From an uncultured Planctomycetota bacterium (GTDB lineage Bacteria; Planctomycetota; Planctomycetia; Isosphaerales; Isosphaeraceae): a DNA stretch of 64,000 nt. This document shows positions 56,481 to 64,000 of the stretch, one piece after another. Position numbers and translations under genes: made by a program. The first letter of the stretch is position 1, and each line of letters starts with the position of its first letter. The DNA lies in NCBI GenBank assembly GCA_963823665.1, contig CAWGMQ010000010.1, positions 928,001 to 992,000 on the forward strand. Direction: 5' to 3'. The notes beneath the pieces were generated by a model. The model had not been told where the DNA came from. It worked only from the letters and a program-made list of their open reading frames with translations, and ran no database searches.

Positions 56481-58188
56481 ATGTCCACATCCACCGCCGA
56501 CGAAGAGCTCGATGCCGAGGTGATCGATCTCGAGCCCACCGCACACATCACGGCCGAGCCCTGGGCGAGCAGGGCGGCTTCATCCAGCTTCGCGCAAGAC
56601 CCTGTGATGGCCGCGGGCGAGGCGGGGCCACGCCAGCTTGGCCGGAGAGATCTCGCACGATTCTGCGCCCGAGGCTTGCCGCGGCTTCGCTGCTTGCTCA
56701 CTGTCGCGTACGCGGTCTTGCTGATCTGGCATCTCTTCGTTGGGGCAGGACACAGCCCGTTCAACTGGGCGCTCCTGCTCGCTGCGCTTCGTCCTTCCGG
56801 CCGCTGTCGCGGGCTTGATCCTGAGCCCCATCGAGTTCTCGACTACCGGGCTGCGGCGGCTCGAATACGTGCTCTTCGGCGGTCTGACCGTACTGCTCGT
56901 CATTTCCCAGTACAACATCAATCTCGCGCTCATGCAGCGTGATGAATATCCGGCGATGGTCGCGTTCGTCAAGAACGGCGTCATTCAGATGGTCGTCCTG
57001 ATGTTCCTGTATGGAACGTTCATTCCCAACCGCCCAAGGACGGTGGCCTGGGTCGTGCTGGCCATGGCGCTGGCGCCCTTGTTCACGCTCGCCCTCTTGA
57101 CCGAGCACCCCGATGCGGACGAGGCGATCCAACATTTCAGGTCGGCAGAGCAGACCGGCACGAACGCTCTTTTTCTCTTCATTGCCGCCGGGATGTCGAT
57201 CTACGGCTCGATGGTGCTCTCCGGCCTGCGGGCCGAGCTGCATGTCGCTCGCAAGTTCGGCCAGTACCAGCTCGTGCGCAAGCTGGGCGAAGGCGGGATG
57301 GGCGATGTCTACCTCGCCGAGCACAGTCTGCTCAAGCGCCCCTGCGCCCTCAAGTTGATCAAGCCCGAGGCGGGGTCCGACCCGGTCGCCATGGCGCGAT
57401 TCGAGCGCGAAGTGCAGTCGGCAGCTCGGCTTGCTCACCCCAACACGATCGAAATCTTCGATTATGGCCTCACCGGCGACGGCACGTTCTATTATGTGAT
57501 GGAATACCTTCAGGGCCAGAGCCTGGGCGACCTGGTGCGCAGCCACGGCCCGTTGCCCGCCGGACGTGTCATTTACCTGATGCGCCAGGTGTGCGCCGGG
57601 CTGGCCGAGGCGCACGGCATCGGGCTGGTGCACCGTGATCTGAAACCCCAGAACGTCTTCGTGGCGGTGCGCGGGGGAGAATCCGACGTGTCCAAGGTGC
57701 TCGACTTCGGGCTGGTCAAGCTCACGAGCGACCCGGGCGCCGCCAATCTCACGAGCGACATGACCGTCAGCGGCACGCCGATGTTCATGGCACCCGAGCA
57801 AACGGTGGGCGACCGCTCGCTCGATGCCCGGGCCGATATCTACGCCTTGGGTGCCGTGATGTACCACGCGCTCACCGGGCAGCCTCCATTCGTGGGTGAG
57901 AATGCCTTCGCCATCATGATGGCACATTCGCGAGATCCGGTCGTGCCACCCTCGCAGCTCAACCCGGACGTACCGGCGGATCTCGAGCAGGTGGTCCTCC
58001 GCTGCCTGGCCAAGAAGCCCGAAGATCGATATCCCAGCGCCAAGGCGCTGGGCCAGGCCCTCGCGTCCTGCGCCGCCGCCTCCGACTGGGGAGCCAACCG
58101 CGCGGAGGCCTGGTGGGCCGCCGAGGGTTTGTTCGTCCAGCCCGAGGATGCACCGTCGGAACCGGCACCGGCCGAGGTGAAGACTTGA
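56481..58188 (+). CDS. Membrane-anchored serine/threonine protein kinase (frameshift at ~56780)
   Basis: Multi-TM N-terminus, then LGEGGMGDVY, CALK, HRDLKPQN, DFGLVK, GTPMFMAPEQ. Confidence 0.92.
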
Positions 58189-58234
58189 CTGCGTCGTTTC
58201 CAATCGCCGAGTCCAATCCTGGGAGAGAACTTCA

Positions 58235-59314
58235 ATGCCAACTCGACCCGCCAGCCGGATCGGACGCCGCACTGGCCCTTCTGACGATAGCGGCCTGCAT
58301 CGCCTTTTCGAGTGGATGGGTGGGTTTCCGGTCTGCCCGATCCGCGCCGGTTGCCGGGCCGGAACCGTCGACGCAAGAGCCGCCGCCCGCCGCCAAGCTA
58401 CGACGCCGGCCGCAGCCCCGGCGCCCCAGTCCGCTCAAGAAAAGGAAATCCGGGCGTTTGATGAACTATACGGGAGGGATTTCAACAGCGCGAACGCCAA
58501 GGCCCTGGCCGCCCGGTTCACCGAGGATGCCGAGGTGATCGAGGCGGATGGCCTGCAATACGAGGGCCGGACGCTGATCGAAGAGCGGTTGGTCGAGACC
58601 TTCGCCGCGAGCCCGGGCGCAAAGATGGCGATCGAAGTCGAATCGATCCGATTGCTCAGCCCGGACGTCGCCAAGGAAGAGGGCCATACGATCGTCACGG
58701 CCTCGAGCGGCGGCCCGGCGACCCACCGCCGATACACCGCGCTGCTCGTCAAACGCGACGGAAACTGGTTGCTCTCCAGCGTGCGCGAGGAAACCGATCC
58801 GACGATCAGCCCGCATGACCGGCTCCAGCCGCTGTCGTGGATGCTCGGCGATTGGATCGACGAGGGAGCCGACTCGGTCATCCGGGTGAACTGCCGCTGG
58901 TCCGAAGACGGCAACTTCCTCTTTCGGAACTTCACCGTGAAGCATCAAGGCAAGGACGTGATGACAGTCAATCAGCGCATCGGCTGGGACCCGGTGACGC
59001 GGCAGATCCGATCGTGGGAATTCGATTCGCAAGGGGGCTTCGGCGAGGGAAAGTGGGGCGGTGAGGGCGGCCGCTGGGTCATCAAGCATACGGCCACCCG
59101 CCCCGATGGCACGACCGTCACGGCGACTAATACGATGATCAGGGATGGCGCTCACCTGGTTCGCTGGACCTCGACCGACCGCTTCATCGGCCACGAGCCG
59201 ATCCCCGACGAGCTAGCCTACGCGTTTGTCCGGGTTCCGGCACCGCCGGGCGGACCAGCGAATACCCCGGCGACGCTAGCCGTCCCCGACCAGAATCAGA
59301 GGAGCCCACGATGA
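58235..59314 (+). CDS. SnoaL/NTF2-like (YybH / SgcJ-EcaC / DUF4440-type) protein
   Basis: FNSANAKALAARFTEDA, YEGRTLIE, SIRLLSPDVAKEEG, LVKRDGNWLLSSVRE, then LSWMLGDW...QRIGWDP...IRSWEFDSQGGFGEG. A hydrophobic signal lies in an alternative frame at ~58260-58395, implying compensating indels. Confidence 0.82.
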   Translation: MPTRPASRIGRRTGPSDDSGLHRLFEWMGGFPVCPIRAGCRAGTVDARAAARRQATTPAAAPAPQSAQEKEIRAFDELYGRDFNSANAKALAARFTEDAEVIEADGLQYEGRTLIEERLVETFAASPGAKMAIEVESIRLLSPDVAKEEGHTIVTASSGGPATHRRYTALLVKRDGNWLLSSVREETDPTISPHDRLQPLSWMLGDWIDEGADSVIRVNCRWSEDGNFLFRNFTVKHQGKDVMTVNQRIGWDPVTRQIRSWEFDSQGGFGEGKWGGEGGRWVIKHTATRPDGTTVTATNTMIRDGAHLVRWTSTDRFIGHEPIPDELAYAFVRVPAPPGGPANTPATLAVPDQNQRSPR

Positions 59315-59326
59315 CTGCGCAAGATC

Positions 59327-61036
59327 TTGAGCGTCGCGCTCGGCGCGACCATGTCGATGGCGTTCGCATGCGGAGCACTGTTCGCCCACGGCGGCGGCGG
59401 CGGCGGCTTCCGCGGCGGCGGCGGCGGTTTTGGTGGCGGCGGCTTCCGCGGCGGCTACGGCGGCGGTGGTTATGGAGGATTCCGTGGCGGCTATGGCGGC
59501 GGGTACGGCGGAGTCCGCGGCGGCTACGGCGGCTACGGAGGCTACGGAGGAGTCGCGCGCACGCCGACTTTCGGCAACTACGGGCATTATGGCGGCAACT
59601 ATGGCGGCGGGATCTCGTATGGTGCCCGCACCGGGTCGTACACGACTAATCGCGGCACAAGCATCAACTATGGCGCCGCGGGCATCGGGGGCCGGGGCCC
59701 GGCCGGGGGCGTGGCGGGTCGCGGGGTCGCCGGCGCAAGAGTGACCGGGGCCGGAGGCCGCAGTTTCACCGATGTCGGCCGCGCCGGCGGAGCTATCGGC
59801 CCGCGTGGCAATGCCGTGGGCGGCCGATCGAATCTCGCCGTGGCCTCCGGAACCCGCGGCACAGCCGTCGCCGGCCATTCGGCATGGGGGGCCTCCGGCG
59901 GCAGGCCTTACGGATTCAACGCCTATGGCGGCTATCACTCCGGGTGGGTTCACGGCTACTGGAATGGGCACAACAGCGCAGCCTGGGGCTGGCGCAACCC
60001 ATACTGGGGAGGCTACGGCGGCTGGGGCTGGGGAATGGGTTGGGGCCTAGGCATGGGCTTGGGGTATGGCTTGGGCTGGGGGCTCTCATCCTGGGGCTTC
60101 GGCTCCGCGCTCTACGGAATGGGCTACATGCCGTATAACAACATCTATTATGTCGATAATTCCGTCGTAGGCGCGCCTTACGACTATTCGCAGCCGATCG
60201 ACACGGTCAGTGCCCCTGCGGATGAAGCCGTGGCTGACCCGGCGATGGCCCTCTTCGACGCCGGCCGGCAGTCATTCCACGACGGCGACTACGCCGGAGC
60301 CCTGCAGCAGACCGACCAGGCTCTGGCGAAACTACCAACTGACACGACCCTGCACGAATTCCGCGGATTGTGCCTCTTCGCGCTCGGGCGCTACGACGAG
60401 GCCGCGGCTACTCTCTACGCCGTGCTCTCGGTCGGCCCGGGTTGGGACTGGACCACGTTGATCAGCCTTTATCCGAATGTCGAGACCTACACAACCCAGC
60501 TTCGAGCACTCGAAGACTACGTCAAAGCCCAGCCGCAGGCAGCCAGCGCCCGGTTTGTGCTCGCTTACCACTACCTCACCGAGGGTTTCACCGACGCGGC
60601 CGTGCGCATGCTCAAACAGGTCGCGACACTCAAGCCTGGCGACGCGCTCACGGCCAAGCTGGTCAAACAGCTCGATCAGCCGGCGGAAACGCAGGCGCCC
60701 GCAGCGGCGCCCGTCGCGGCGCCCGCCGGCCCAGACGACACGACGCCGCCCCAGGGTGCGACGATCGAAGGCAACTGGACGGCGCGACCCGTCGAGGGCA
60801 CGACGATTGAGCTGGCGATCAAGCCCGGCGACACGTTCGACTGGACCGTGACGCAAAAGGGAAAAATGCAGCACTTCGCCGGAACCTCCACGTACGGTAA
60901 CGGGATCCTGACGCTTGCCCAGGACAAGGGCGGACCGGTCCTGGTCGGTCGAGTGAGCTGGCAAGGCCCAAGCGAAATGACGTTCCGGATCGTCGGCGAT
61001 GGACCGGATGATCCGGGCTTGAAGTTCGCAAAATGA
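59327..61036 (+). CDS. Secreted Gly/aromatic-rich protein with TPR-like domain
   Basis: Signal-peptide-like start (the true start may be ATG 59311 with an indel), GGYGG/GWGWG low-complexity region, then FHDGDYAGAL...LHEFRGLCLFALGRYDEAA...GPGWDWTTL...RFVLAYHYL. Confidence 0.85.
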   Translation: MSVALGATMSMAFACGALFAHGGGGGGFRGGGGGFGGGGFRGGYGGGGYGGFRGGYGGGYGGVRGGYGGYGGYGGVARTPTFGNYGHYGGNYGGGISYGARTGSYTTNRGTSINYGAAGIGGRGPAGGVAGRGVAGARVTGAGGRSFTDVGRAGGAIGPRGNAVGGRSNLAVASGTRGTAVAGHSAWGASGGRPYGFNAYGGYHSGWVHGYWNGHNSAAWGWRNPYWGGYGGWGWGMGWGLGMGLGYGLGWGLSSWGFGSALYGMGYMPYNNIYYVDNSVVGAPYDYSQPIDTVSAPADEAVADPAMALFDAGRQSFHDGDYAGALQQTDQALAKLPTDTTLHEFRGLCLFALGRYDEAAATLYAVLSVGPGWDWTTLISLYPNVETYTTQLRALEDYVKAQPQAASARFVLAYHYLTEGFTDAAVRMLKQVATLKPGDALTAKLVKQLDQPAETQAPAAAPVAAPAGPDDTTPPQGATIEGNWTARPVEGTTIELAIKPGDTFDWTVTQKGKMQHFAGTSTYGNGILTLAQDKGGPVLVGRVSWQGPSEMTFRIVGDGPDDPGLKFAK

Positions 61037-61083
61037 TCTGACCCGCGCCGGAGTACCCACCGTCGGCCCGAATCGTGGATAAT

Positions 61084-61111
61084 CTCGTCCCCGCGCTCCG
61101 CGTGTGAACGC
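61084..61111. repeat. Degenerate REP-like palindrome between convergent genes
   Basis: CGTCCCCGCGC-TCC-GCGTGTGAACG imperfect stem-loop, with the same CGCTCCGCG core as the IS target hairpin. Confidence 0.5.
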
Positions 61112-61160
61112 TTTGCGGCGCGCTCACGTTGATGTCCAGAAGTGGTTGCGCACCGACTCC

Positions 61161-63039
61161 TCAATGTTCAACCAGCAGATCAGGCCGAGCTTGCTTGAGC
61201 GCCTGAATTCCCCCCTCCGTTACTCGCGTTCCGCTCAAAACCACGAACTTCAGACTGCGGATGGTCTTGAGGGCGTCGAGCCCGCGATCGGTGATCACGG
61301 TTCCTTCGAGATTCATCGAAAAGATGTTCGACAAGCCTCTGAAGTGCTCGAGCCCGGCGTCGGTGATTCGTGTGTTCTGAAGATGGATGCCGGTGATCAG
61401 CTCGATCTGCTTGAGGTGCGGAACGAGTTTTGTGATTACGTCGTCTCCCGCTGCTTTATCGGCAAGCTGGACGTAGATTTGATCCACGCCGCCACCAGCT
61501 CCGGCACGAATCGCCGTTCCCCCCAGTTCTTCGATCTTTTGGAACACGCTGGGCTCGTCGGCCAACAGCGTCGGTCGGGACTCGTCGGCATCGAAGCCCG
61601 CAGGCACCTTGAGCTCGGGACGCTCGAGGGCCTTGCCTGCCAGCAATGTTTCGATTTCCTTGCCCAGCGCACCCCTCAATTCTTCACCCGTTCCAGTGTG
61701 AGCGGCTTGCACGATGCCCTTGCCATCGAGCAGCACGATCGCCGGCAGTCCGGCAACCTGAAGAATCTCGACGATCGCCCCTCTTGGATCAACAGCGATC
61801 ATGCAGCCGCGTGAGTCCTCAATTCCGACCCTCTTTTCCGCGAGGGCGTGCCTGGCACGAGCGGCCGACTCCTTGATATTCTCCGGATCTTCATCCACGT
61901 TCAGCGCAATAAGCACGACTTTATCGTCCGGGCTCGCGGCCTGGATGATCTTCCGGACCTCTCGCAGCTCGTCGAAACATGGTTCGTGGTGGATTGACCA
62001 GTACGCGATGGCGATGACCTTGCCGGTCAGGTCGGCTTTCGAGACCTTGCGGCTCGAACCCGCCTCGTCGACGACGTTCAATGTGAAGTCGGGGACCGGC
62101 GTGCCCAGGAGGGGTACGAGCGGTTGAGCCCACATTTCCCTGGCGAGCAGCACCGCGCGTTTGAAGTTGCCGACTTGTTTGAAATCCTTGGGCGGCCGGT
62201 AACTGAACACCTCCGCCGGAGCGGCTTTGGTCTCGATGTTCGTAGCGTTCCATGACCTTTCTACGATCCAGCGCCTCGGCCAGTCCTCCGCGTCCGGCCG
62301 TGCGAGGTCCTCGGGGGGATTCGGATAGATCTCCTGGATTCGCTTGACTAGCTTCGTGTCTGATTCGATGAGGACGCGCAGCTTGCTTTCTCCGCCGCGC
62401 TCGACGACCAGCGAACGGAGCGCCTTCCCATCGACTCTCTGATCCGGTTCGATGATGAATCGTGCGCCGGGTTCCAAAGAACCCGTGCGGCTGAGCCTCG
62501 CCGGAAAGTAAGGCCATGATGAAGGCGAAGTGCAGCTCATCGCCCGACAGCGCGGCCATTCGCGTTAGCTCGTCCATCCGGCGAGTGAAGGTTGAGAGGG
62601 TGATGGCCTCGGGCGCCTTGATCGAGACGTAACGGCCGAACGGCAGCCACGCGATCGACAGCCGTTGGCCGTCACAGCCAAGCTCCGTCATCGCCGAGCG
62701 CAATAGCAGTTGATTCGGCCGCGAGAACGCCAGGCTCACGGGCGACGTCTTGACACGCTGCCTGCCGCGGTAACTCGTCACGTCGGAAAACTGCCCTGTG
62801 TCGACGTAGGCAGGGAACGCGCGATAGGATTTGACGACCTCCTCGAAGAGCCCTTTGGCGCGGGCATCATCTACTTCGCGCGGTGGGGCGGCGACTCCTG
62901 CCTGCGCCCACAAGACGATGACGACCGCGGAGAACGCGCTCCCAAGAACGGCACCCGCAGTTTTCACGCAGCAAGTCGAGCCAGCCGCGTATGCTCCTTG
63001 GCGCAACAGCGCTCGGGACGAAGCCTCGTGAAATCCCAT
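61161..63039 (-). CDS. Exported redoxin (TlpA-like) protein with N-terminal LolA/DUF2092-like region and C-terminal leucine-rich repeats (frameshift at ~62478)
   Basis: Hydrophobic signal; LAFSRPNQL...FSYRPPKD; LLGTPVPDFTL...LTGKVIAIAYWSIHHEPC...GLPAIVLLDGKG; LQNTRITDAGLEHF / LEGTVITDRGLDAL / LSGTRVTEGGI. Confidence 0.8.
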
Positions 63040-63169
63040 CGGGGCCTCCTCGAACCGTGGATTGTTGTTGTTTCGCCAGTCTCAGCCTTGTCGCGGGCAT
63101 CAACGTGTGTCAAGCGTCGAGTGTCTTTCAGCCATAACTGAAACCCTGAAGTTCACAAGCGACGATTCG

Positions 63170-63469
63170 TTGACGTGGCGGACCGTGAGATCAGGTCGAC
63201 TCGAGCTGGATGCACCGCCTGACTGGCCGGAAGGTACCGAGGTGCTGATCGTACCCATGAATCGCCGGGGCGAAAAGATCGGAATCGATGAATCCGAGTG
63301 GAGCGACGACCCCGCCAGTCTCGCCGATTGGGAAGCCTGGATCCACACGATCGAGCCGCTGGAATTCACGTCTGAAGAATCCGAGCGGGCCGCCGAGTTC
63401 GACAACGTGATGCGCCTGTACAACTTCGACGCCGTCCGGCGCCAGATGCAAGAAGAGACCCTCGGATGA
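63170..63469 (+). CDS. Antitoxin-like hypothetical protein (start uncertain, possibly 5'-eroded)
   Basis: VRSGRLELDAPPDWPEGTEVLI resembles small antitoxin-type beta-hairpin N-termini. Its stop overlaps (ATGA) a PIN-like stub. Confidence 0.55.
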   Translation: MTWRTVRSGRLELDAPPDWPEGTEVLIVPMNRRGEKIGIDESEWSDDPASLADWEAWIHTIEPLEFTSEESERAAEFDNVMRLYNFDAVRRQMQEETLG

Positions 63470-63546
63470 GTCGTTTCTTGCTGGACACGGAGATCGCGCG
63501 TTCCTGTGTTGATCGACCTGGGACATTCTGTTCGAATGTCGGCTGA
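63466..63546 (+). pseudogene. Truncated PIN/VapC toxin remnant
   Basis: MSRFLLDTEI matches the VapC N-terminal LLDT motif, but the ORF stops after 26 codons. Confidence 0.5.
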
Positions 63547-63625
63547 TCTCACCGGATGGAACGACCGAGCGGTTCGGTCGCGACGCGCCCGGGAAATCCC
63601 GGCTCGACAACAGGGAGAACAGCTC

Positions 63626-63844
63626 ATGCCCCTCGTCCAGGTCAAACTCATCGAAGGCGTATTCTCCGACGCGCAGAAGCAGGAGATGATTCGGAAGCTC
63701 ACCGACGCGATGGTCTCCATCGAGGGCGAAAAGATGCGCGACATGACCTGGGTGGTGGTTGAGGAAGTCAAGAGCGGGTGCTGGGGTATCGGCGGAAAGG
63801 CCCTGACGACGGGTGATATCAAGGCCTTGGCGGGAGGTGGATGA
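63626..63844 (+). CDS. 4-oxalocrotonate tautomerase family protein
   Basis: MPLVQVKLIEGVFSDAQKQEMIRKLTDAMVSIEG...WVVVEEVKSGCWGIGG with catalytic Pro1 and a GGGAG RBS at ~63613. Confidence 0.93.
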   Translation: MPLVQVKLIEGVFSDAQKQEMIRKLTDAMVSIEGEKMRDMTWVVVEEVKSGCWGIGGKALTTGDIKALAGGG

Positions 63845-63876
63845 CCCGAGATCCAAGCAACAGAAACGACGAATTG

Positions 63877-63905
63877 AACCACGAAATACACGAACGACAC
63901 GAAAA
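63877..63905. repeat. Short intergenic direct repeat, 3 x CACGAA at 9-bp period
   Basis: AACCACGAAATACACGAACGACACGAAAA. Confidence 0.55.
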
Positions 63906-64000
63906 AGACTCAGCGGACAGATGATCTGGGTCCCCAGTCGTCCGCACACTGACGTCTTGGGTGCGGGCCCGCGCTCGATTAGACTGTCACCACTTCTTGA

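Overview
GC-rich bacterial window that looks planctomycete (probably Isosphaeraceae-like). This is inferred from a LEPRxLL-type N-terminus, two Hanks-type Ser/Thr kinases, and a SnoaL/YybH plus Gly-rich TPR gene pair. About 44.3 kb (47094->2825, minus strand) reads as one giant secreted/surface protein gene of roughly 14,750 codons. It is split into 8 ORF pieces by 7 single-base indels that are probably read/assembly errors, since about 8 similar indels hit ordinary genes elsewhere in the window. Reconstructed order: LEPRxLL-like signal, very long parallel beta-helix, passenger-like beta-solenoid repeats, second beta-helix, PKD, FG-GAP, PKD-like domains, long internal RTX array, HExxHxxGxxH metalloprotease, PPC, PKD/Ig, ten 537-bp MBG-like+YDG repeats, Ig, beta-solenoid, S53 sedolisin protease, then a hydrophobic plus basic C-terminal tail. 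The gene is bracketed by three glycosyltransferases and a GT-A-like protein, and one of the glycosyltransferases is translationally coupled to a kinase. This suggests a dedicated giant-glycoprotein system. The window also holds an IS1182-family element inserted in the loop of a REP-like hairpin, a candidate small RNA, a decayed toxin-antitoxin pair, a redoxin/LRR protein and a 4-oxalocrotonate tautomerase.
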